In this document: positions 40,471 to 51,900 of the stretch, piece after piece
How positions within the stretch are numbered: position 1 is the first letter of the stretch
How the letters are laid out: each line of letters starts with the position of its first letter
Origin: an uncultured delta proteobacterium
GTDB lineage: Bacteria; Myxococcota_A; Polyangia; Haliangiales; Haliangiaceae
Reading direction: 5' to 3'
NCBI GenBank assembly: GCA_963848295.1
Contig: CAWKDB010000010.1
Location: forward strand, 3,744,001-3,808,000
DNA: 64,000 bases
The notes under the pieces: generated by a model
The model's input: only the letters and a program-made list of their open reading frames with translations
What the model was told of the DNA's origin: nothing
Database searches by the model: none
Position numbers and translations under genes: made by a program

Positions 40471-42879
40471 CTACAGCCCAGGCGGGGACCAGATCAGGCG
40501 GGCGTAGTCGCGGATCGATCGATCGGACGAGAATCGGCCGGCGCGCGCGACGTTGAGGATCGAGGAGCGCGTCCATGCGGCGGGCACGCGCCACGCGGCA
40601 TCGACCCGGCGTTGGCAGTCGACGTAGGCGCGGAAGTCGGCGCAGACGAGGAACGGATCGCGCTCGCGCAGATCCCAGACCAGCGGCGCGAAGAGATCTC
40701 GATCGCCGCCGGAGAACGTGCCATCGGCGATCAGATCGAGTGCGCGCGCGAGCTCGGAGTCGTGGACATCGCGCGGATGGTAGCCGGCGCGTTTGCGCGC
40801 GAGGACTTCCTCGGCGGTCATCCCGAACAGAAAGAAGTGATCGGCGCCCACCGCGTCTCGGATCTCGACGTTGGCACCGTCGAGCGTGCCGATCGTGAGC
40901 GCGCCGTTGAGTGTGAATTTCATGTTGCCGGTGCCGGACGCCTCCATGCCCGCGGTCGAGATCTGCTCGGACAGATCCGCGGCTGGATAGATGCGCTGCG
41001 CGACCTTGACGCTGAAGTCCGGTACGAACACGACGCGCAACAGCTCGCGCGCACGCGGGTCGGCGGCGATCGCATGGGCGATCCCATGCGCGAGTCGGAT
41101 GATCAGCTTGGCGGCGCGATACGAGGGCGCGGCTTTGCCGGCGAGCACGATCGTGCGCGGGGCCGCGAGTTGCTCGCCTCGGCGAATGCGATCGAACAGC
41201 GTGACGACGTGCAACAGATTCAGGTGCTGGCGCTTGTACTCGTGGATGCGCTTGCACTGCGCATCGAGCATCGCCGTAGGATCGAACCGACTACCGAGGT
41301 GAGTTGCCAGCGCAGCCTTGTTCGCGAGCTTCACCTTCGCCCAGCGATCGCAGAACGCGCGATCGTCGGCGAGCGGCTCGAGCTCGCGCAGCCGCTCGAG
41401 GTTGCGGATCCAACCGTCGCCGATCGCTTCGGTGACGAGCTCGGACAACTTGGGGTTCGCGAGCGCGATGAACCGCCGCGGCGTGACGCCGTTCGTGACG
41501 TTCGTGAACCGCTCGGGCCAGAGCTCGGCGAAGTCGCGCAGCACGGTCTCGCGCAACAACCGCGAGTGCAGCTCGGCGACGCCGTTGACGCGGTGGCTCG
41601 CGACGGTCGCGAGGTGAGCCATCCGCACCTGACGGTCGCCGTCTTCCCCGATCACAGACATCCGGCGCAGTCGGGCCTCGTCGCCGGGAAACTTCGTACG
41701 AACCTCGTCGAGGAATCGCCGATTGATCTCGAAGATGATCTGGAGGTGGCGCGGCAACAGCTGCTCGAACAACGGCAGCGGCCAGGTCTCGAGGGCTTCG
41801 GGCAACAGCGTGTGGTTCGTGTACGCGACCGCGCGGTGCGTGATCGCCCATGCTTCGTCCCACGTCAGGCGGTGGACGTCGATGAACAGCCGCATCAGCT
41901 CGGGGACCGCGAGCGCCGGGTGCGTGTCGTTGAGCTGGATCGCGAGCACGTCCGCAAGCTCGCGCACGGTCGCTCCGCCCAGCTGCAGCAGGCGGATCGC
42001 ATCTTGGAGCGAGCACGACACGAAGAAGTACTGCTGCTCGAGCCGGAGTTGCTTGCCCGCCGGACTCGAGTCGTTCGGATACAGCACCTTCGTGAGGTTC
42101 TCGCTGCGGATCTTCGCGTCGACCGCGCGCCAGTACTCGCCGACTTGAAACGCGTCGAGGTCGAAGTCCTCGCCCGCCGATGCGCTCCACAGCCGTAGGA
42201 AGTTCGTGCGACCGTTGCCGAAGCCCGCGACCGGCGTGTCGTACGGCACGCCGTTGACGACGCGGTCGGGGATCCACTTCGCGGCGCCGTCGTGCCACTC
42301 GACGCGCCCCGCGAAGCCGACCTCGTGCTCGATCTCGTAGCGCCGGATCTCCCACGGATTGCCTTTGCGCAGCCAGCGATCGGTGCGCTCGACTTGCCAG
42401 CCGTCGCGGATCTGTTGATCGAAGATGCCGAACTCGTAGCGCAGGCCGTAGCCGACCGCCGAGATGTCGAGCGTCGCGAGCGAATCCATGTAGCAGGCGG
42501 CGAGTCGGCCGAGGCCACCGTTGCCGAGGCCAGGCTCTTCTTCGTGCTCGACAAGCTCGTCGTATGACAGGCCGAGCGCGCGCAGCGCCGCGCGCACTTC
42601 GCTCTCGATCCCGAGCGCCTGGACGTTCGAGCCGAGCTGCGGCCCGATCAGGTACTCGGCGCTGAGGTACGCGATCGTCCGCTGCTTGGTCTCGAGCACC
42701 GCGCGCGCTCCGCGGACCCAGCGATGCATGACCCGGTCGCGCACCGCATATGCGACTGCGAGAAAGTGATCGTTCGTCGTCGCGACACCTTGGAACTTCG
42801 CGAGCTCGAAGTGCAGCTTGGCGACAAGATCGCGCGCGATCGACTCCGGATCGTCGCGCGGACCGGTGGCGTCGTTCAT
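40471..42879 (-). CDS. glgP: glycogen/starch/alpha-glucan phosphorylase
   Basis: LGNGGLGRLAAC, QLNDTHP, YTNHTLLPEALE, KRIHEYKRQ, EASGTGNMK; start ATG 42879. Confidence 0.97.
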   Translation of the reverse strand: MNDATGPRDDPESIARDLVAKLHFELAKFQGVATTNDHFLAVAYAVRDRVMHRWVRGARAVLETKQRTIAYLSAEYLIGPQLGSNVQALGIESEVRAALRALGLSYDELVEHEEEPGLGNGGLGRLAACYMDSLATLDISAVGYGLRYEFGIFDQQIRDGWQVERTDRWLRKGNPWEIRRYEIEHEVGFAGRVEWHDGAAKWIPDRVVNGVPYDTPVAGFGNGRTNFLRLWSASAGEDFDLDAFQVGEYWRAVDAKIRSENLTKVLYPNDSSPAGKQLRLEQQYFFVSCSLQDAIRLLQLGGATVRELADVLAIQLNDTHPALAVPELMRLFIDVHRLTWDEAWAITHRAVAYTNHTLLPEALETWPLPLFEQLLPRHLQIIFEINRRFLDEVRTKFPGDEARLRRMSVIGEDGDRQVRMAHLATVASHRVNGVAELHSRLLRETVLRDFAELWPERFTNVTNGVTPRRFIALANPKLSELVTEAIGDGWIRNLERLRELEPLADDRAFCDRWAKVKLANKAALATHLGSRFDPTAMLDAQCKRIHEYKRQHLNLLHVVTLFDRIRRGEQLAAPRTIVLAGKAAPSYRAAKLIIRLAHGIAHAIAADPRARELLRVVFVPDFSVKVAQRIYPAADLSEQISTAGMEASGTGNMKFTLNGALTIGTLDGANVEIRDAVGADHFFLFGMTAEEVLARKRAGYHPRDVHDSELARALDLIADGTFSGGDRDLFAPLVWDLRERDPFLVCADFRAYVDCQRRVDAAWRVPAAWTRSSILNVARAGRFSSDRSIRDYARLIWSPPGL

Positions 42880-42893
42880 GCGCGGAAGATAGC

Positions 42894-44882
42894 TCAGCGC
42901 GCCGAGCGCAGGCGCTTGAGCGTCGACAGCAACTGTTCGCGCGTGACCAGGTCGAGGACCTCGAGCCCATCGCCGGTCGACCGAAAGATCAAGCGGTGGT
43001 GGATCCCGACCCGCGCCATCAGGACTTGCGTCGTCATGTCCTTCGCCTGCTTGACCCGACCCCACGCGAAGCCATCGCCGGCGGCGAGCGTGCCGATCGT
43101 GCGCATCGCCTCGGATGCGACCGCCGCGGGCACGCTGGCGAGAGAGTCGGTCGCGCGGCGCTCGAATCTCGGGATCGCGATGCCGCGGGCGCGGGGATCG
43201 AGGTCGTCGCCGTCGTCGCTATCGACGACCTCGGGCGCGGGCCGGGCAGGGCGCGGCGCTTCGCTCGTCGCCGCGTGGGCGCCGGCGAGCTGGCGGCGGA
43301 GCTCGCGACGCTCGGCGTTGCCTTCGCGGATCATCGCCTCGAGCGTCGAGACTTTGCCCTCGAGCACGCTGTCGTCCTTGTCCTTGCCTCGCGCGAGCTC
43401 GGCCGCGGGGCGAGTCCGGGCATCTTCGAGCTGAGCGCGAGTAGCGGCGAGTGAACGCTCGAGCTCGTCGGCGCGCGCGGCCGAAGCATGCAGAGACGAT
43501 CGCAGCTCGCCGGCCTCCTCGGACTCACCGGGTTTCGCGGCGCGGCGAGCGTCGAGCTTGTCGAGCACGTCCCACGCCGGATCGGTCGGCGGCAAGTTCA
43601 TACGATCGCGCGCGTCCTCGACGAAGTTGAGCAGCAGCTCCGCGGTCTCGACCGGCACGGCTCCGAGCAACGACCGCGCGACGACGATGCCGAGCCCGGG
43701 CGCGGTGCGCAGCAACGACGCGACATGCTCGACGAGGGTCTCGTGGCCGGGATCGACTGCGATCTCGTCCATCAGTGCGGCGACGCCGGGCCATGCGTCG
43801 GGAGAGTCTTCGACGATCGCGAGCTCGAGGTTCCACAGCGGCGCGAGCGAGTCGGGCAGGCGCGCGACTTGACGCCGCGCGCGATCGATGTCCGCACTCG
43901 CGAGCAGGCCGTCGACGAGATCGTCGCGCAGCTCGTCGACGATCGGATCCGGCGCATCGCCGAACGCCGCGAGTGCGCGCTCGGCGTGGTCGAACCGACG
44001 CGCCGCGATGAACCGGCCGCACGCCGCGGCGCGCGCCTCGTGGCCGAGTCGAGCCGGATCGACGGTCGCGAGATCGCGCAACGCGAGGGTGTCGACATGC
44101 GCGGCGGTCATCTGACCGGCGCTCGCGCCGAGAAAATCGTCCCACGACACGCCGGGGATCGGCGACGGCGTGACCTGCGGCTTGTCCGCGCAGCACTTCT
44201 TGTACTTCAGCCCGCTGCCGCACGAGCACGGATCGTTGCGGCCGATTTCTTTGCTGCTGCGTACCGTGAAACCGGTCGCGCGCACCGTTTCGATCTCGGC
44301 CGGCAACGACGCGATCGCCTCGGCGGCCGACATCGCGAGAGCGCGCTCGTCGGCGGCGATCTGCTTGCTGTACTCCTTGACCAGCGGCGCGAGGTGCTTC
44401 GTCGCCGCGGTCACGTTCGGATCGGCGATCGCCGCGGCGATCTTGCCGAGTAGCGCGTAGCCTTCGACCGACACGGAGCGCGACGCGAGCCGGCGCAGCT
44501 CCGGAATCAGCCGTTCGACCGGCGCGCCACCTCGCCACGCCGCAAACACCGCGATCACCTCGAGATCGAGCGCCTCGGGGGTCGCCGGGAACCGGCGGAG
44601 CTCGACCGCTTCGAGCAGCTCGAGCCGATTGCCGCTCGCGATCGCGATCAGCGCTTCGGCGATCGGCACGAGCTCGAGCCCGGGCAAGATCTCGGCGATC
44701 ACCGCGATCGGCACGGCCTCACCTCGCTTCGCGCGCGCGAACGCGATCAGGGCCGCGCGTTCGAAGTCACAGCGCGCCAGCTCCGCCGAGATGGCTGCGA
44801 GCGACACGTCGGCGACACCGTCGAGCTGCGCTCGCGAGATGCATTCGCCGATCAGGGCGCGATTCGCTCGCGCGTCCGCCAT
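42894..44882 (-). CDS. SEC-C motif protein with coiled coil and RelE/ParE-like C-terminal domain
   Basis: IGRNDPCSCGSGLKYKKCC; C-terminal ..VLMARVGIHHRLIFR..LEVLDLVTR. Confidence 0.75.
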   Translation of the reverse strand: MADARANRALIGECISRAQLDGVADVSLAAISAELARCDFERAALIAFARAKRGEAVPIAVIAEILPGLELVPIAEALIAIASGNRLELLEAVELRRFPATPEALDLEVIAVFAAWRGGAPVERLIPELRRLASRSVSVEGYALLGKIAAAIADPNVTAATKHLAPLVKEYSKQIAADERALAMSAAEAIASLPAEIETVRATGFTVRSSKEIGRNDPCSCGSGLKYKKCCADKPQVTPSPIPGVSWDDFLGASAGQMTAAHVDTLALRDLATVDPARLGHEARAAACGRFIAARRFDHAERALAAFGDAPDPIVDELRDDLVDGLLASADIDRARRQVARLPDSLAPLWNLELAIVEDSPDAWPGVAALMDEIAVDPGHETLVEHVASLLRTAPGLGIVVARSLLGAVPVETAELLLNFVEDARDRMNLPPTDPAWDVLDKLDARRAAKPGESEEAGELRSSLHASAARADELERSLAATRAQLEDARTRPAAELARGKDKDDSVLEGKVSTLEAMIREGNAERRELRRQLAGAHAATSEAPRPARPAPEVVDSDDGDDLDPRARGIAIPRFERRATDSLASVPAAVASEAMRTIGTLAAGDGFAWGRVKQAKDMTTQVLMARVGIHHRLIFRSTGDGLEVLDLVTREQLLSTLKRLRSAR

Positions 44883-44890
44883 GGCGCAGG

Positions 44891-45775
44891 CTACTTCGTC
44901 AGGACGACGTAAGCGAGCACGCCGATCGCCGCGATCAGCACCGCGATCAGCACGTAGACCAGCGCGTTGCTTCGGCCGGTGATGACTGGCGTTCCGCCCG
45001 TGTTCGCGAACCCCATCGCTTGGCTGGTGCTCATCCGCATCGCGCTGAGCGAGCCCGGAGGCGCGCTCGGCTGCTTCGCAGACAGCGTGGGCCGGCTCGG
45101 CGGCTTGCTCGGGCTCGGAGCGGGCGATGGTGCGCTCTGGCGTTGGATCGATGGCAGCGACGGTACGCTCGGCTTACCGCCTGGCGCAGCGATCGCAGGC
45201 TGGCTCTGCCGCGACTTGATCTTCGACTTGGCCTCGCCGCCGGCGTCGCGCAGATCGCGCACCGCGCCGTTGATCTTGTCGGGTTCGGCGAGCTTCCTTT
45301 GGTTCGATAGGAAGGCGAAGTACGAGTCCGGCATGTCGTCGAAGTCCATGACCAGATCGCATTCGTCACAGCGGCAGGTCGGCGGCTCGTGCGGCGCGCT
45401 GCCCATGTCGCTCGCTTCGACGAGCAACACCTTCTCCTCGTCGCACTCCGGGCAGAAGTACGGGACGTAGAAGCTCTTGACGACGCCGCTGCCCGTGAAG
45501 TTATTGACGAGGTTGATCTGCGCGACGATCGCCGGGGAGCACTCGACCAGCACCGACCGCGTACCGTTGGTCTCGAGCCGATTGAGCCAGTTGACCCAAT
45601 CGCGCACGCCGCACGAGTTGATGCGCTCGATCTCGCCGAGGTCGATCACCGCGGTGCCGGTCGGGATCTTATCGACGAGCTCACCGAGCTCGTTGTCCTC
45701 GTCGATGACGCCCGAGAGCTTGACGTAGCTCACGTCGCCGCGATGCTGGATGTTGCCTTGGAACTTTTGAATCAT
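44891..45775 (-). CDS. STAS-like + Zn-ribbon protein with Pro-rich linker and C-terminal TM anchor
   Basis: [35 protein letters not shown]; terminal hydrophobic helix. Confidence 0.75.
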   Translation of the reverse strand: MIQKFQGNIQHRGDVSYVKLSGVIDEDNELGELVDKIPTGTAVIDLGEIERINSCGVRDWVNWLNRLETNGTRSVLVECSPAIVAQINLVNNFTGSGVVKSFYVPYFCPECDEEKVLLVEASDMGSAPHEPPTCRCDECDLVMDFDDMPDSYFAFLSNQRKLAEPDKINGAVRDLRDAGGEAKSKIKSRQSQPAIAAPGGKPSVPSLPSIQRQSAPSPAPSPSKPPSRPTLSAKQPSAPPGSLSAMRMSTSQAMGFANTGGTPVITGRSNALVYVLIAVLIAAIGVLAYVVLTK

Positions 45776-45906
45776 CGCGCGCCTGCCGCGTAACGGCGGT
45801 ATCGTCGATTACAGCACAACGTCATAACCTGCCGCATGACTGTAGCCGGGAGATCGGAATCGATCCAGTAAGGTTCGGTGGGTAACGCTCCCACATGACC
45901 GATCGG

Positions 45907-48900
45907 TCAGCTCCGAAGCGTCGGCATCGTCAGCGTATCGCGCAGGAGCTGGTAGTCGTCGCTGAGATAGAACCTCACGAGATCGGGACCACCCAGCACC
46001 GCGCCGAGCGCGACGGTTTCATCGTGACCGGCGGGACGTTCGCCCGATAGGCGCGCGACCATCCACACCGCGGCGGCGAAGTCATCGCACGCGACGAGAC
46101 CAGCGCGCTTCGCGCATGCGAGCATGCCGTCGATCCACGCACCGGCGTCGAGATCTTTGGCACCGGCGTGGCGCTCGATCATCTTGAGCGCGCGCGGCGA
46201 GGCGCCGTGGATCAGCTCGGCGGCGAACCCGTTCGGCTCGGCATCGCCGGCGACGAGATCACGCAGCAGTTGCGCGAGTTGGTGGCGCGAGCGAGCACCG
46301 AGCTGGAGCAACGCGGCATAGCCGCCGCGGATCGCCTCGAACGCATAGCCGAACAAGAACCGGAGCGCGAGCTCGTGCTCGTCGAGCAGCGTGCGATCGA
46401 TCACGACGAGTCGCCGCGGGAATGCGGTCGCGGCTGCGAGGCCGGGGACCTTCTCGCCGACGAACACGTCCGCATCGGTGTTGAACAAGCCGGCGATCTC
46501 CGCGATGACTTGGCGCAGGCGCTGATCGCCGAACGTCGCCGCCGGCTTGAGATTTTCGCCGAGCGAGGGTTGAGAGACGTGCGCGCTGAGTTGTTCGGCC
46601 AGGGCGGTCCACACATCGCCGAGCGGTGCGCGCGCAGCGGGAGTCGACAACACGCGGTTGCGGTGGTCGTCGTCGAGCGAGCGCCGCAGCGGTGCGAGGT
46701 GGCGAAGCGCGCGCAGGCGCTGCATCGTGTTGCGGTCCGAGTCTTCGGCAAAGCCGAGCAGGTCGAGCGCGGTCAGCACGCGAGTCGCACGCTCGGTGTC
46801 GCCGGTCCGGTTGTAGAACGACGCGAGCAGTCGATAAGCGGGCGCGTGGTGGATGTCCCGATCGAGCACTTTGCGCAGCTCGCCGATCGCGCGCTGCGGG
46901 TCGTCAACCGCATAGATCTCGGCGAGCGCGACGCGATCGCTCGCGCCGTCGGGCTCGACGTTCAGGATGCCGCGGTACGCCTCGATCGCGGCCGGGCGAT
47001 CGCCGGACGCGAGCAAGATCCGCGCGAGCCCGCGCTGCAGCGGCACGGCGGCACGAGGCCCACCTTGCGCCATCGCAGCGTGCGCCGCCTCGATCAGCAG
47101 CGTCTCCGCTTGCCGTTGATCGCCGGCGTCGGCGGCGCGGCGGGCAAGGACCAGCGCGGGCGGCGCGTAACCGGGGTCGTATTCGATCGCGCGGCGATAC
47201 TGCGGTGCGGCGGCGCGCGCCTCGCCGGACGCGTCGAGGATCCGGCCTTTGTAATAGTAATAGCGGGCGAGCGCCTCCGGCGACAATGGCTGGCCCGGCG
47301 CGGTCGCGAGCTCGATCACGCGATCGATCGCCGCGCGCGCCTCGGCGAATCGGCCGATCAGAAAGAACTGCTGCGCCATCGAGTAGTGCGCGTCTTGATG
47401 CCCGGGCTCGAGCTGCAGCACGGTGTCGAGCACCGCGATCGCGCGCGTCGCATCCATCTCGCCGTCGGCGTGGATCGCGGCTTGGCGCATCAACGCGGTG
47501 AGCCGATCGTCGGGCGAGCTGCCCGCGTAGGTCACGAACAGCTGGATCGCATCGACCGCTTCGCGCCAGTGCCGCATGTCGGCGTGAAAGTCGACGAGCG
47601 CGGACAGCACCGTACCGTCGGTCGGCGCGAGCTCGAGCGCTTGGCGATAGAGGCCCGCGGCCTGATCGAGATCTCCGTCGCGTTCGAACACCGCGGCGCG
47701 ACCGACGTAGACGCGCGCGATCAGCGCGCTCGCATCATCGCGCTTCTTGTAGACCTTCTCGAGCTCGCGGTACGTAGCGTCGAAATCCCAGGCGTCCGGA
47801 CGTTCGCGCGCGAGCACGCCGAGGTCGTCGAGTGCGGCGGTGTTCGTCGGCTTGACCTCGAGCGCGACGACCAAGCTGTCGGCCGCGGCTTTCCAATCGC
47901 CGGTCATCTTCGCGACGACGCCGCGCTTGCGATAGAAGTCACTGCGCGTCGTCGGATCGCCTTCGCGCATCGCCTTCTGCGCGAGTGCGGACGCGAGCGC
48001 CTGCGCCTTGTCCCACGCGCCTTCTTCGAAGAAGTGGTCGAACAGCGCCTGGTTCGCCGGCAGGCACTCGGGGTCGACGCTCAACGCGCTGTCGTAGTAG
48101 GTCATCCCGCGCTCGGGATCGCCGAGTTGGTGCTCGTAGATCCGGCCGATCTGAGCGAACACGCCGGCGCGCTCCTTGTCGTCGGACCACAGCTTGACCT
48201 CCATCTCGAGCGTCTCGATCACGCGCGGCCACTCCTCGCGCCGGCGGTAGAGGTCGCGCAAGCCGTGGACCGCAGGCAAGCACGACGACGACGTCTTGAT
48301 CGCCGCGTCGTAATAGCGAATCGCGTCTTGCTCGCGGCCGAACTTCGCTTCCATCACCGAGCCGCACTTGAAGTAGAGCAGCGACTTCGTGTTGCGATCG
48401 TTCGTGACCTTGATCAGGCGGCGGGTGACGTCGATCAGCTCGGCCCACTGCTCGGTCGATTCGTAGATCCGACCGAGCGCGTCGAGCGCGTCGCGGTTGT
48501 CCGGTTGGAGCTCGAGCACTTTCTGGTAGTGCTCGGTGGCGGTGGCAACGTCGCGCGCGCCCTCTTCCGAAGCTCGCGCGATCTTCTTGAGCAGCTCGAT
48601 CGTCTCTTCGCCGTTCTGCGCGGCCTGCAGGCGCATCTTCAGCACGTCGATCAGGCCGGTCGCGTCGTCTTGATCCTCGTAGTAGCGCTCGAGCTCGATC
48701 GCCGCCGCGCGATCGGCCGGGTCGAGAGCGAGCAGCTTGCGCGACAGCTGCATCGTGTGGCGATGATCGCTGCCGTGCTCGGCGACGATCTTGACGGCCG
48801 CGCGCAACGCCTCGGCCTTCTTGGCCGGGTCGCGCTGCAGGTCGGCGCGGTGCTCCCACGCCGCGATCAGCGGCTGCCAATCGCGGCGCCGCGCGCACAG

Positions 48901-51900
48901 GTCCTCGAGGACCTTGACCGCGGCCGCAGGCGTCGAGTCGACCTCGACGACCTTCTGGTACGACGCCGTCGCCGCTTCGAGCTGGCCCAGGAAGCTGAGC
49001 TGGACGTTGCCGCGGCGCGAGTACAGGTCGCCGAGGCGATACGCGCGACTCGTGCCGCTCTCGACGTGGAGGATCGCGGTGTCGTAGAGCTGCATCGCCG
49101 CGGCCCAGCGTTCGGCCTTGTAGCAGACCCGCTCCATCGCGGTGAACGTCTCGCGGTTCGTCGGATCGGCGTCGAACGCGGCGGTGTATGCGGCGAGCGC
49201 GCCGTCGACATCGTTGCGAGCTTGGCGGAGCATCGCGACTCGCGTGAACAGCGCGGCGCGATCGGCTCCCACGGTCGTCGCTTCGGCCCGCGCCTCGAGG
49301 ATCCTCGCGAGCTCGCGGTCGCGGCCGAGGGTCTCGTAGAGCTTCTCGAGTGCCGCGATCGCGGTGGCGTGATGCGGCTCGTGCTCGAGCACGGCCTCGA
49401 AGGCCTGCGCTGCCTCGGCTGGTTTGTTCAGCTTGTCGGCGCGCAGCTCGCCGAGCTCGAGGAGCACCTCGAGCTGGCGCGCGACCGCGTCGGGCTTGAT
49501 CGTCGGTAGCTCGCGCTCGAGCGCAGCGGCTAGCTCGAGCCAGCGCTGACCGCTGCGCAAGAGCCGAACGAGCGTCTGTTGCCGCGCCTCGTCGAGCGTC
49601 GTCGACTGCGCGACCTGCAGCGCGCGGATCGCGGCATCGCTGTCGCCGAGCTCTTGCTCGTAGAGCTTCGCGAGCTCGGCCGCGCGCGCGGATTTCTCGG
49701 ACGGCGAGCTCGCGCTCTCGAGTTGACGCCGGCGAACCTCGGCGAGCTCGGACCACTCGGCGATCTTCTCGAGCGCCTGGGCGAGCACGTCGAGGTTGCG
49801 AGGGGTTGGCGACGCACCGCGGAATGCGCGCGCGAGCTCGTCCCACAGCCCGAGGGCGCGCGCCGGCGCTTCGATCCCGGCGAGCGCTTCGACGTGATCG
49901 CGCTCGACTTCGAGAATGTCGAGGTAAGCGCCGACGACGTGCTCGGGCTCGATGCCGAGCGCGGTGAGCAGCCGGGCTTGATCGAGTTGCAGTTGCATGC
50001 GGCGCTCGAGCGGCGGATCGGTGGCGAGCTCGCCGCGCACCACGCCGAGCGCGAGATCGAGCCGCCCGGTGTCGCGATAGATCCGGATCCGCTGGTGCGC
50101 GACGTCCGTACGCTTCGGATTCGCGGTCGCCGCTTGTTCGAGCGCTGCGAGGGCCGACTCGTGCGCGCCTCGGCGCTCCTCGCGCAGCGCGATCTCGACC
50201 CAGATGTCGGCGCGCTGATCGGACGTGGTCGCGAGCGCCGCGGCGCGCTTGCGCAGCTCGAGCGAGCGCTCCCATTGCGAGTCGCGTTCGAGCAGCTTCG
50301 CGAACGCGAGCATCGCGTCGCCATCGTCGGGCTGATCGGCGATCATGCGCTCGAACGCGACGCGCGCACCGGCCGGGTCCCCGAGGTGCTCGTCGAGCAA
50401 TTCGGCGGCTTCGCGCGCAGCCGCGGCGCGGCCCTCGCGGCTCGTCAGCGTGGTCGACAGCTCGTCGAGCACGCGCGCGAGCAGATCGTAGTGCTTGCCA
50501 GCGCGATAGACCGCGGCGAGCGCGGCGCGACAGAATGGATCTTTCGGGTCGAGCTCCGCGGCGCGCTTGAGCGAATCCTCGGCCTCGACGAAGTCGCCGC
50601 GCACGAGATCGACGATGCCTCGTGCGCACGCGAGTGCCGACGCGGCTCGCGGATCGGTCTCGGTCGTCGCCCACTCGGCGTACGCGGCCGCGAGCGCGTC
50701 ATCGTCGCCCGCGCGCAACAACCGGACGACATGATCGCGCTCGGTGCCGAGCTGATCGCCGGCTCGGCGCCACAGCTCGAGCGCGCGCGGCACGTCACCG
50801 GTGCGTTCGGCGAGCACCGCGGCCCAGCGCAGCGCACCACCTCCGCGCGTCTCGAACCGCGCCGCGGTCGAGCTCGTCGGCGCGCTGCGGTCGAGCATAT
50901 CGAGCCAGCGCTCGGCGACCGGGCTCCGGGTGCGCCCGGCCACCGTCATCGCGAGCTCTCGCAACACCGGCACCGGCGCGTCGCTCGCCGCGGCGAGCTC
51001 GAGGGCGCGCCACGCGTGTGCGGTCGCGACCTCGACGCAGCTGTCGTCGATGATCTTGCGCCGCGCGGCGAGCTCGGTCGCGCGATCACCGGCCGCCGCG
51101 GCAGCCCACATCGCGCCGAGCGTCGCGATCCGGCGTGCAGCGGCGAGCTGCGCGGCGGCCGGATCGTCGGCGAGCTCGAGCCAGCGCGCCGCGGCGTCGG
51201 CGTGAGCACCGCGGTGATCGAGCTCACCGGCGATCGCGTGACGCGTCGCGAGCAACTCGAGTCCGCCGCCCGCACGCGACTCGATCAGTCGCGCGCGCTG
51301 CTCGAGCAGTTGCGACCGCCGCGGATCGCCTAGCCGAGCCGCCGCACACAACGCGATGTCGATCGCTCTAAGCACGCCGAGCGGGTCATCCGCGCTGGGA
51401 TCGCGCTGGAGCGCCGTCCAGCACATCGCGAGCGCCGCCGCGGGATCGTTGCCGCGATCGAGCACGAGGGCCGCGGTCGCGGCGACCTCGTCGAGCGGGG
51501 CCGTCGCGATCGATGCGCGGCGGAGCTCGATCACGCGTTGCCATTCTCCCGCGGCTGCATGGGCGAGCAGGGCGAGCTCGACCGCGTGGGGTCGCCAGGG
51601 TTCGTGGCCCGGGGTCGCTAGCGCGCGATCGGCGAGCGCGCCGGCGAGGTCCGGCCGATCGTGCCGCCACAGCCAGGCCTCGGCGACGTCGAGCACGAGC
51701 GTCGCGGTCGCGGGCGATGGGCTCGCTTCGAGTCGGGCCTGGACCGCGGCGAGGGCAGCGGGCTCGCCCGAGCTCAGCGCCGCGGACAGCCGCAACCGTG
51801 GCGCGAGCGGATGTTGTTCCGCGAGCTCGAGCACGCGCATCGCTTCGTCGGGCTCGCCGAGTGCATCCCAGCTGGCGAGCGCGGTTCGCACGTTGAGATC

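Noticed and set aside
42894..44882. secA call from the GRNDPCxCGSG motif
   Set aside because: Motif is internal and no SecA helicase domains are present
46168..51333. Very long antisense ORFs (1113 aa, 584 aa; also 6654-9365, 12196-14163 and others)
   Set aside because: Shadow ORFs expected from high GC3 codon bias; no recognisable motifs
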